Assembly: GCA_951406725.2 (NCBI GenBank)
Contig: OX597838.1
Span: 41,354,001 to 41,418,000, forward strand
Direction: 5' to 3'
Length of the DNA stretch: 64,000 nucleotides
Origin: Octopus vulgaris
Lineage: Eukaryota
Shown in pieces: positions 25,232-38,233 of the stretch. Below the pieces are notes generated by a model, which searched no databases, was not told the origin of the DNA, and was given only the letters and a program-made list of their open reading frames with translations. The first letter of the stretch is position 1; each line of letters starts with the position of its first letter. Both the position numbers and the translations under genes were made by a program.

Positions 25232-26358
25232 ACGCACGCATCCACACACACACACACAAAGGCTTCTTTGAGTTTCTGTCAACCAAACCTACTCACAAGG
25301 CTTTGGTTGGCCCAAGGTTATAACAGAAGACATCTGCCCAAGGTGCCATGCAACAGGACAGAACCTGGAACAATGTGGTTGGAAAGTAAACTTCATACCA
25401 CACAGCTACACTTAATTATTTTCAACATTAATGGAATTATTTCAATAGAAATATCCTCATCATATGATTTCGCGTCCAGATTTTTCCAACATGTTCGTCC
25501 TGCAATGCCACTGATTAGTTCTGTTCACAGGTCAGAACTGACTGACCTTTGGCTATATAAGATGACTACCTGGCAGTTCAGTCTTTCGCATATTTGCATT
25601 TATTTTACAGGTGTTTGCTCAAAGCACCGACAGCATTCATTTTACTAACCTGCGTTTTTGTAAAGATCATAGGCACCAACCCTACTTCTCATCTTGACTG
25701 CCTTTTAAAAATGATTACAGTGTTATTTCAGAGAGATTTACCTGCTGTATCTAACAAATGAAATGGTTATGTAAGAGGCCTTTTGATGGGTCAAAGAGAT
25801 CCCTTTAAATAAAATGGTGTGTTTGACTCAAGTCACACCAACTCACCACAGTCAACTTTCTCTCTGATCTTACAAATAAAGTTATTTTTAAATACCCAGT
25901 TCTAATCTATTCTTGGCTGCAACCAAAATCCTCAAAGAAATGGTATCCAGGGAAGCATCAATAGCAAAGAGGAGCATACTTACGGTGTTGCCAAGAGCTT
26001 CATTGATGCTAGAGTGGGAACCGTCAGGAGCCCAGGCAATACACTCCACAACGTGTTCATGTTCACGCAGCTCTGCTTTGCATTCTGCAGTGGCAGCAAC
26101 CCACACTCTCACAGTCTAAAAATAAAAGGAAATAATTAAATAATTAAATAAATAAATAAATATTGAAACTAGAGTCAAAGCAATAAAAAAATGTTTAATC
26201 ATCATTACCTGATCATTTGAACAGCTAGCCAACAAGGAACCATCGGCACAAACCCGCACCATCCTAACCCACTCCCGATGGCCACAAAAAGTTTTCACAC
26301 AATATCTGAAGAGAAGAAAATATAACCATTCAAAGAAAGACAAACAGAGAATACTGAA

Positions 26359-26392
<34 letters not shown>

Positions 26393-28350
26393 ACCATCAT
26401 CATCATCATCACATTTAATGTCTACGTTCCATGCCGGTACAGGTTGGACAGTCTGATAGAATCTGATGGGTCTAAGGACTGCATCATGCTCCAGTGTCTG
26501 CTTTGGCAGGGTTTCTACGGCTCAATGCCCTTCCTAATGCCAATCGCATTACAGCACATATCTTATCATTCCACCAGTATTAGTGAAGTCATAACACAGC
26601 TTGCATGACTATGAACCTTGAGTGGAGCAGGCCTTTTATGCTAAGACGATGAGAACAGTAAAGTATGAGAGAAAAGGGCCAGAGCAGATCGGGTTTCTGT
26701 AATATTGTCTAGTTTTTCATCTCCATTTTAAGTCTTTCCTGGGAAAATAGTGATTTCACCAACAGAAGCAATAGCCTAATACATCAAACTAGGAGCTCCT
26801 TCTATATAATTCTTCATCAGGCATATAATTTAAAATGAAAATCTCCACTCCTACTTTCAAACCAAAATTTTAAACAGGATATCCTCAGTTCTTACCAGAT
26901 TACTGATGAAATACACTTCCTTCATTTTAAGTTCGAAATGTTTGGAACATGAATTAACATGAAATTTTGATGGGAGATTTTTAAAAATTTAGATTGCTTT
27001 AAACTGGACGTCACAACCGTGTAAAATGGGTTCGTAATCAACAGTTAGAACTGCATGATTCTTTAACATACTATTTAAGAGCCTTAAATGCTGAGAGGGA
27101 AATGAGAGTGATGTAATAAATGACAAAATCCTCAAGTAATTAAAATTTCCCTCATAATTTTTTTTTTTTTAATCTAATAAGCAAATCTTATAGAGAAGGG
27201 GAGATAATTTCAAATTAAAAATTTCACAAAACTAAGAGAAATTTTCATCTTCACAGCAGAATGGGTACGTTTTGGTATTACTGAACCTGATCAACATAGC
27301 TAGCCTATTCAAGTCTGCTTTAATTGAAGACGTTTTACATACTTTGAGATCTTAGTCTGTTGCAGCTGAGCTGACGGGATTTCCTCAACAGTCACTTCCC
27401 TTTAACAGACGTCTTATTGCTTTTTTTAGTTCAAATAATTTCACTTAAGACTTTTACAATTCCATTTCTATTTAATCGATGATCATCACATCTTAATGTC
27501 ATTTTAATTTTGTCTTAAAATACCATTCCAAATCACTTTTAAAGTTCCCACTAAATACATAAGAGTGATTGATATAGCAAACAAAAGTTTGAATGGATTC
27601 TCAGCAAAGGCAGTGATGAAGTTTTTTTTACCTTTGAATCAGTTTCATGAGATTTATCTCCAAGTGAAATAGACATTTGGGTTAAAGACTATGTGAAAAT
27701 ATATTTATTAATCTTGTTTAATTAAAAATACATTTGTGTGTGTAAATTTAGATATGTGCATGAATAAAGAAGGGTGAAATTATTTTAAAGGTTTTTTATA
27801 GTTTCCCCAGTTATCCTCAAAATGAAATTCCTAAAGTGCAGCCCTTGATCTACTTAATGCCTATCAATACCAAATCAATGAGAGAGGGAGCAATCGTAAT
27901 AGCAGCTGTACTTACCCCGTAGAAATTTCCCACATTTTTATAGTTTTGTCACGTGATGATGTGACAATGTGGTCTCCACTAGGCATAAATGTTACGCTCG
28001 AAACATTATGGTCGTGTCCTGCAAGGAAGACAGTAAAGAGTAGCAATCGAGAGGGCAAAACAAGTTTCTTAACGGTCACACATCATCACTTTCGTCCTTT
28101 TAATGTCCACTTTTCCATGCTTTCAAGTGTTGGAGAGGAATTCATTGAGGCAGTGTCTTTCCTGTTGCCAATCTCCACCTGTTTCCAAGCAAGGTAACAT
28201 TTCCTCATAGCCAGACATGCTTTCACACAAGACTGGAAATGAATGACACTGCTCGTATGACAGGGACTATCATTTACGATTATCACACAATATCCCACGG
28301 AGACACAAACATACAAAAATAAACATACATACATACATACATGTATATAC

Positions 28351-28382
<32 letters not shown>

Positions 28383-28960
28383 ATATATATAACATGCACA
28401 CAGAGTTTCCATACACCAAATCCACTCACAAGGTTTGATCAGTCCAGCCAGAAGACACTTGCCAAAGGTACCTTGCAGTGAAACTGAACCTGAAACCATG
28501 AGATTAGGAAGCAAACTTCTTAACCACATGGCCAAACCTAACCCAAATATAAACAAGTGAAGTAAAAAATTAAAGGAAGTTCTCCATTTCAGCGTTGAGT
28601 CTGTTGCTTGTACAACATCAGTTTACAAGAATGAAGCTAAAGCAGGATGAATGGAAGGAGATGAGGCAGATGGCATCAAAGACATTTGACATGGTTATGT
28701 CCATATGAATGGGTGACTCTTATTGTGAGGGGAAGTTACAGGCTCACAGTAGAATATGAATATGTTCCATGGAGGAGAAAGACCAAGGAAGAAGATAGGA
28801 GAAACAGCAAACATCAGAACACTCATAGATGAACAGGCATCTAAGGAAAAGGAATGGCACTGTGTGTAAACAGACTCGTTCAACTGCTACCAGCAAGAAA
28901 AACTAAAGTTATAAGGGTGCTGAACAATCTCTTGCGTACAGAAGTAAAAAGCGAACAAAG

Positions 28961-29005
<45 letters not shown>

Positions 29006-32000
29006 ATAAATCATTCAAGAAAGCAAAAACTGCTGTTCAACTTCAATTTCTGTAAAGAAATTACTGGCAGACAAACTAAAAATCAGACAAAGTATCTAGG
29101 ACCAAACAGGTGCAATTTGAGGGAGATTTGGCTGCTATTTCTACCAGGTCTGGCATCAGAGGAGAGAGAGATAAAATACAAAAAGTGGAAAAGGAATAAG
29201 AGAGACAACTTACCGTGCATAGTTCTGATACAATCATAACCATTGAAATCCCAGAGTTTTATAGACATATCAGCTGAACAGGAGGCTGAAATATTCAAGA
29301 AAAAGATTAAGGTTTTCAAGAATAAAGAAGTTTAATAATTGTCATAATATCATCTTCACACCAGCAAAACAAACTTACCTGACATGGAAATATACAATAG
29401 ATACTTTTTACCTGACATGGTAATATACAATAGATACTTTTTACCTGACATGGTAATATACAATAGATACTTTTTACTGAAGCTTTACTGAACAACAAAA
29501 ACATGGCTCAAAATGAACCACATTTAAACAACACTGAAAACAAGTTGTGTTGAAACAAGATTCAGAAATCTGTGTTTAAGCCAAGACATAAATCTTAACT
29601 CGGGAATAAACAAAGTGGCTTGTGAAGCAAAATACTTTCTCTTATTTAATTAGATTGAAAACTTTCACATGTGAATTTGAGTTGTGTTGAAGTAATGAGT
29701 TAAAAAAACAAAAAAAAAAAACCTGTTTTATATTCGAAATGTGTAAAATTTCACACAAACATAGACATGTGTTGTACATGAGTGCAGAGAAGTGAAAGGT
29801 TTCACACACAAGACTGTTGCATTAAAATGAGATACAATTTCACATCTGTTTATTATGTTGTTTTAAAGTGAAGACAAAACATCAATCCTTCTCTCTCACT
29901 CACACACACCAATATCTTAATTAAAGAATGGGAAGCACTAACCCAGCAGTTTTCCAGTGTGATCAAAAGCGATATCCTGAACAGAGTCTGTATGTCCTTT
30001 TAATGATCTTTCATAATCCCCAGTCTCGAAATCCCACACCTGGAAAAACAAAAACAAAACACTTCAGTAAATAATTAACATTCCATTGAGCAGATTACTC
30101 GCAGGTAGTAAAAAAAAAAAATAATATTTCTGAAGTCCGTTTAATTGATTGGTCAGTTCAGGACACTGGACTTGATATCTTCCTTATTTGCAGGGGATCA
30201 TCATTTGATATTCAGCTTTCCCTGCTTGCAGAGGTCAGGCAGAATTGGTTGAGGCAAATTTTTCTAGGACCTGTCACCAACCTTGTCCTATTTCCAAGTA
30301 AGGTAAATGGCCAGACAAGTTTTTACACAGAAGATTGGAAATGAATGACATCCCTTGTATGATGGTGATGTTTATTTACAATCAGTATGTCATGTGGAGA
30401 CAAAGGGGTGCATACACGCACGGAGTTTCCATCTACCAAATCTACTCACAAAGCTTTGGTCAACCTGGGACTACAGTAAACGATACTCGTCGAATGTGCC
30501 ACACAGTAGGACTGAACCAATCTTCTGTGTAAAAACTTGTCTCTGGTTCAGAAAGAAAGCGTCTTAACCACACAGCCATACCTGCAACTTACACTTATAT
30601 AAAATTAGCAATCCACTGTTCCAAAGCTGAACATTTCAGGTGATGAATGGTCTTTGGGAATAAATTAAATTCATAAATTAAAGTTCCACTGTATATGGTG
30701 GGGTGTCTGAATTCAGTCACTTCATGAGAAATCATAAATTTCTAAAATGTTGCCATGGGAACTCACAGAGGAACACAACTAGCCACAAGGTTACTATCAA
30801 GTTCCAGAATTATGCGGGTTTTGCTTAAACACTTTTTCTAAGTGCTTTCTGATTAACTTGAGAGCAATGCTTTCTCTGTGAAGGGCAGTAAAGTCATGAA
30901 ATGCTGCTGAATTTCCATTGCCATAGAAAAGAAGCAACTCTGTGCAGGTTGACAATTTTATTCATCCAGCTGAACAAGCTCCCAATTTTGCTACATGACT
31001 GTCATCCTCAGAAGGTTTACCAACATGTTCCTGAAGGGTTTCAAATTGATTAGAGAGAGCGAAACATGCACTGAACAACATTCCCGTTTCAGATAGAATA
31101 TCTTTCCTCTCATTGATCCAGTTTTGGCTGGGATGACCAGAAGCAGACCAATCTTCAGATTTTACATCAGAGTATTATTCTCTTTAAGTAGATGCTCTAA
31201 CAAAACACCTGGGGTCCATCACTCCCAGGGGTCACATGTCACATTCACCATTGAAAGTATTTCCCTGTTTCTGTGCAATTTGCCAGGGAGTCACTGACCC
31301 TACATTAGATTCGTCTGTTATTCTGACAGATGTTCTTCTTGTTCCACTGGCTGCAGTAGTGACCCTCCTCCTCCTCCTCCTCCTCCTCACTGGGTATTTT
31401 AGTCCCTGCCAACCTGTCCGTGCAACAGGTTGAATCAGGCAACATGTTCCCAGTAGCTAATACAAACCTGTACACACAATTACATCTCTACCGCATCCTT
31501 TAATCAGCCAATCCACAGATTACAAAACCACACAGGGAAGGGCTTTGTATTTACCTTAGATTATTATTATTATTTCCTTTGGACATCACCAACAATTAGA
31601 TCTCACAATTATTACAAAATCTGTCAGCTGCTTTCCTCCTCTTCTTCTTCTTCTAGCCTGACTTTACAGAAGAGAACAACTGCCAAGGTGAGTGACCAAA
31701 CAAACACAATTAAGGGACTTTTAACTTTTGTTTCAGTCATTGAATTGTGGCCATGCTGGGGCACTGCCTTGAAAGGTTTTAAGTCAAACAGATTGCCCCC
31801 ACCACCACCACTACTAGTCCCAATACTTAATTTGGTATTTATTCTGACTTTTGTTGTACCACTAAGTTATGGGGACATAAACCAATACCAACTGCTAGGT
31901 GGGGGGGCCCCAAACACACACACACACACACACACACGACAGACTTCCACACAGTTTCCATCAACCAAGTTCACAAAACATTTGTTGGCCCAGGGTTAGA

Positions 32001-32872
32001 GTAGACATACAAAATTTTTTTTTTAATTCCTAAGGCTACAAACATGATGGTGATGGTTTTACTCTTGGGAAGAACAGGAATAAAAATGAAGATTTTACTT
32101 TTCCCAAACTCTTGCAGAGTCCAAGAACCTCAAACGGACAGACAGACAGACTGATTCACAGCAGAACATCAGATCCTCTTACCTTAATGGTGGCGTCTTC
32201 ACTTGCAGACACAAGTAAACTGTATAGTGGATGAAATAAGACTTTGGTAATTGGGCTTCTGTGGCCTTTTAATTCATATCTTTCTGGGGGTCTAGGGATC
32301 CATTCTGTAGGACTTCTGTTGCCACGAGTCGGGGCTCCGGCATTCACCTCTTTCTCCGCTTCAACTAATTTTGATTCAAGGTCCATCACCTAAAACAACA
32401 ACAATACAGGATATGAAAGCAACGGCAGGACTGCCACGCATGCACACACTCACACACACACACATATACTCTTTTACTTGTTTCAGCCATTTGACTGCGG
32501 CCATGCTGGAGCACCGCCTTTAATCAAGGAAATTGACCCCAGGACTTATTCTTTGTAAGCCTAGTACTTACTCTATTGGTCTCTTTTGCCAAACAAGCGA
32601 TGTGGGGGGGGGGACAAACACAGACACAAACACACACGCATATATATACATGCATATATATGACGAGCTTCTTTCAGTTTCCGTCTACCAAATCCACTCA
32701 CAAGGCTTTGGTCGGCCCGAGGCTATAGTAGAAGACACTTGTCCAAGGTGCCACACAATGGGACTGAACGTGGAACCATATGTGGTTGGTAAGCAAGCTA
32801 CTTACCACACAGCCACTCCTGCGCCTAAATATAAACAAAAGCGAAATACCGTTAAGCATTTCATCCAGCTCG

Positions 32873-32914
<42 letters not shown>

Positions 32915-35900
32915 GTATATATAAATGCAGCCAGAGTAAGTGACCAAATAATTCAATTTAGACTAGACATGGGGAACATGAGAGCAGCAGTGATGTCTAC
33001 CTGTACACTAGAGCCAGGAAGTGAGTGAACGGATCACTTCAATAAATAACAACCTTTTTATCACAGCTGATTACTTCAATGGACAGGTTGAAGAATTATT
33101 GCCAAAATGGCTATTCAGGAATATATGGACACTCGAAATCAGTTGTTCTAAAATTTTTCAAAAACTTTTACATGCCAGTCCTCTTACAGTTTTTACAATC
33201 ATTCACGCTCCCCTATAAAATGCAGGATAATCAACATGGAAAAAAGGGCATACATTTGCATACCGTAATTTCCAAACTATGAACTGCACTGCCCCATAGA
33301 ACCAACAACCCCAAAAAACCACGACTTACTCCATACAATGCCCTATTGGGATACAATAAATACACATGAAAATATGGAGAATCAGTTGATCAATTGGTTA
33401 CAAAATAAATGAGAAACAAAAACAGTGTGAAAATATCCTGAGCATCCTGTATTAACTGCGTCAGACGCATTTTATGCCCATTTGGCAAAAAAAGAAAAAC
33501 CGTGGATCATACACCGAAAACTACAGTTTATATACATAACACAACAGTGGTTCTCAAACTTCCCCTTTCACCATGTATGGGATGCTTTTCCTGCCCATTG
33601 TCAGGTCATTCCTCATTGATTGTCCAAGAGGTGCATTTCTACCAATCTAGCTCTTTTAAGAATTATAGTAGCATTCCAAAATGTACAGAAGTTTCTGCCA
33701 ATTGGACCACTAGTATGCATGGAAAACCACAATTTTAGTAGAAACACTGTCTCCTCCTCCCCTGAAGGTTTGCCATCCATTTTTTTGAATCCCTGATACA
33801 TAACATGACAACAGCAAAAACAAAATTATATAAGAAATTATTTATTCACAAAAGTAGACGTTTATCATTTAATTTACAGCAGAGTAACCATCTCTTCTAT
33901 GCTCAGTTTTGTGTTGGAGAGGGCAACCCTCATTTCTGGTGTAACATCCAGTCAATTTCATGACTTCATTTTGATGGCAAGGAAGGTGGAAAACGCAGTC
34001 TCACACTCGTGGGTGGCTGGAAATGGCATTAGTACTTTAAGAGACATCTTTGTGACATCGGGATATGACCATGCCATTTCAATCCAAAAGTCAGAACAGC
34101 ATATTTCACAGGAAACAAACATTTTGCACCTCAATCATTGACTAAATCACTGAACTACTCTTGAATTAAATTGTCTTCTGTAGGCAGACTGCTAACAGAG
34201 AGTACAAAGGGGTTCCTGATAAGGCAGCAGTATATGTCAAAGCCATGAAGATCAGGAAAATAAAAAAAGATATTTCTCTGCCAAGTATTGACACCTGTTG
34301 TTTCAGGAGTTTGATGATATCATCACTGACTTGAAGATCATTCTCATCAATAAACATGTTTATTTGAGGAAGTGATGCAAAATTCTTTCTATTCAACTTT
34401 GGGGGCCAAAGTTCAAGCTTCATAGATCAGAAAGCGAACATCAGAGAATTTGGCAGGCAAATCTGGCTTGGCATCTTGTAAAAAAAACCATGGACTTCTT
34501 TTCATAGAAGAAAGACCCTCATTATTGTTCTTCCTCTTGGAAGCCATCTCACCTGTGAGTGCAACAGAAGCATTTCGAATTTAGAATTACTTTCTTTGAA
34601 CAATTTGGCAAAGAGATGGGAGCTGAGTGTGTCCGCTTTGATGAAGTTCACTGCTGTAATCCCATATTATTATTTTTTAACTCATCAGGCATGGTTTTCA
34701 CCATTAGTGCTTGGTGATAAGTTGTGCAGTGTGTACCAGTCTGAAAACTGGTATGGCAACCAAGCATCACCAGAGCGCTGTCAGTGCACATGCCAATGAC
34801 ATACTCCCAGTTGATACCATGTGCCTCAAAAAATTTGCCCACTTTGTTAAATATTTCTCTTGCAGTTGTTTTGGTACTGAGGGTTTCACAAAAAAACAGA
34901 ATTCGTCTTCCAGGTGACTGTTATGTACATAATGTACACAGACACAAAGTTGGGTCAAGTTGGAAACATCCGTTGTTCCATCAAGTTGGATCGTGAAACT
35001 GTTCAAAAGCAAATTGTGAATCTTAGAGAGCAACTGCGACCGAATGTTACCAGAATGGCTCAGTTATTCATTCATCTGCCAACAGTATTTATTGAACCAG
35101 GATGCTTCAAATCTAGTTAAAGGATGTCTCTCTAACTTGCTGAGCTTTAGTGAAGTAGACCCCAAAACTTTGGAGCACAGAACAAACTGCCGTTTCCTTC
35201 TCTGCCAGACTTTATCAAAGTAAAACTGAATTTCAAGTCAGATTCGTCACATCTCATTTTCCTTCTTGGAGGCATTAAAAAAAAAGATAAAATTCAGTAA
35301 ACTAATTTAATACCACTGCATTGTATATTTATTTTGCATTTATCATATACTACAGGTGTGCATATATGCCTTAGTGTAGTTAGCTTTTGGGTGCACTAAT
35401 TAACAATGCATACCTCTCACTATTAATTGTGGAAGAAATCCAGAGTACCTATGAGCATTGTTTTGTCTGCAGATAAACCTCCATGAATTGATAACCGTTG
35501 AGAAGACAGTTGTGTTGGAACACATTGCCATGTAAAACAACCCTGCCTTATAAGGCCCAGCCATCGTGCGGGATGAGAATGGGTGTCTGGCAAATGGGAA
35601 GGTCACACAGGAACATACACCAATGAAGATAAACAATGGCCAAGAGACATACAAACGTGTGGGTTGCAATAGTGGAGTGGTGAATGATGTGAGCATAGAA
35701 TACCGAGAGAACACCCACGATCAACCCGCATACTTACCATCAGCCAATCAGACTTGTTGTACAAGTGTGATCAGCAAACGGGTGGGTAGGAGTGGCATGG
35801 AGTTTTGAAGTCAACAACTAAAAAGGATGATAGCATGATAAGCCACCCATTTTCATGACACTTCAGTGCCGCTTTGTGGTCCCCTAGGCGACAGCAGACC

Positions 35901-36044
35901 TCAGTTTGAGAACCACTGCTCGAGATAAAGAACAAGGAGAGCTTGATGCTCTTGGAGTTTAATGGCAGAAATGACTTGAACCAGGGAAGAGGTACAGAAA
36001 TGTTACTATTAGAAGTGGGTGAATGCAGAGAATGTACAATAGAA

Positions 36045-36081
<37 letters not shown>

Positions 36082-37285
36082 AACAGAGGGATCAGCTATT
36101 TAAGTTGACAATTGTACAAATGGCAATATGACAGCAATCAAGAAAACAGTTGGAACATCAGAGATAGACACAAAAGTAATGAAAATAGCAGAGAAAGCAG
36201 GGCACACGCTAATCAGTGATTAAAAGGAAACGGCACAGCCAATGACTGGCATAACAGCCTGCTCCTTGCTAGGGAAGCAGCTCTGAGGAGGTCAGGGTGA
36301 TTACAGAAGCAACAAACTGATGGATGATCAAATTATAAAAATAACAAAATTAACAGAGAGAGAGAGAGAAGAGGTTTGTGCCAGAACTGGGTGTCACTGA
36401 TGTCCTCTTCTTAGCAAAAAGCACAGTACTTAACATTTGCTAATCTGGAGAAAGACTTTGAAATGGCTCCACCCTAAGTTTAGCAGCTGTTCAGAAAAGT
36501 AGATGTTGAAGAACGGGCTTGTGAGAGCCATGAAAGTCATATAGAGAGAAATGCCATCATCAAGCGAAGAGTCCAGCTTCTATCTCTTTGCACTCACTAG
36601 ATATTGGTGACTTAAGTGAGATTGGTCCTGGAACCTTACAGTTCTGGGCCTAAACCCCTCCTTTTGCACAAAGCTAACTTTTCAACTGAACAGCCAAAAT
36701 CAAAATTTAAATATTCTATAATATTCAGCCAAATTACATTGTGACATTTTCAGATCACTGTGTAATTAGACCAGTGAGTAATTAGGACTTTCTTTCACAT
36801 GTGTGTGAAAGAAACACATTTAAGAGTGCAATCAAATGTCCAGAATTCTTTTCTCAACCCAACGTCCATCTCGTGAACATACGGAAAGTGAGAGGCAGGT
36901 GAAAATGAACCAAGAGAGCAATCCAAAGTGTGGGGGGGGGGGAACCTACAGAAGGAGAAGACTGAAGAGAAAGTGGTGAAAGCTTGTCTTGGGATTGACG
37001 AACGTTAGAAATGAGATGACTAAGAGTTGTAACAAGTGGCAAGATGCTGGGCTGCTGCAAAAGAAACTTACAATTTATATAAGCTTGGGGGAGAGGGGAG
37101 ATCAGTAAAAATGATATATAGGCGCAGGAGTGGCTGTGTGGTAAGTAGCTTGCTAACCAACCACATGGTTCCGGGTTCAGTCCCACTGCGTGGCATCTTG
37201 GGCAAGTGTCTTCTGCTATAGCCCCGGGCCGACCAATGCCTTGTGAGTGGATTTGGTAGACGGAAACTGAAAGAAGCCCGTTGTA

Positions 37286-37356
<71 letters not shown>

Positions 37357-38200
37357 ATTTGTCCCCCTAGCATTGCTTGACAACCGATGCTGGTGTGTTT
37401 ACGTCCCCGTCACTTAGCGGTTTGGCAAAAGAGACCGATAGAATAAGTACAGGGCTTACAAAGAATAAGTCCTGGGGGTCGATTTGCTCGACTAAAGGCG
37501 GTGCTCCAGCATGGCCGCAGTCAAATGACTGAAACAAGTAAAAGAGTAAAAGAGTAAAGAGTATATATACACACACACACACACACACGAGTGTGTATAC
37601 ATATTACAACTTATAATGTTGGGCACATCCTTCATCAACTTCAGACAGTATCAGTTGCTCCAACAGTGCCGAACACCACGGATGCTACCAAGAAACTGTT
37701 CAGCTTCTTTGGTCTCCATCCTCTCACACATTTCTCTTCTATTACCTGTGCAACTGCCGCACCAAGCCGGGTGCAGCTGTAACCACTGCAACAACTATTC
37801 ATTGAGTATGTTTCATACACACACACACACACACGAAATATACTATACAATGTCTTGGTTCATTATAATTATCTCCACATCCAGAAGACGTATCATAATT
37901 GCCAAATGGTAATGAAGACCAGTCCTATGGGAGAAGGGGGGGGGGATAATCTCAAGAATCCAGAATCCTCCCGAGTCGACCATTAAGGAAAAGGACAGGT
38001 TGATTGGCTGGAGTCAAGAGAACAGGTGTGGACACCTGCCTGTGGCTCAATAACCATCTTCAGCACAATTGTGCTAACCTCTATCGAATGGCCAAAGAAC
38101 ACAAGACATCGACAAGAAAGTATAGAACACATTTATGGCCAAGGTAATTTGCATAAATTAAACATGACTCAATAACTCAGAGTGCCCAATGGCATGAATG

Positions 38201-38233
<33 letters not shown>

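Noticed and set aside
37121-37200. tRNA gene
   Set aside because: The A/B-box-like head continues into a multi-copy SINE body and does not form a full cloverleaf.
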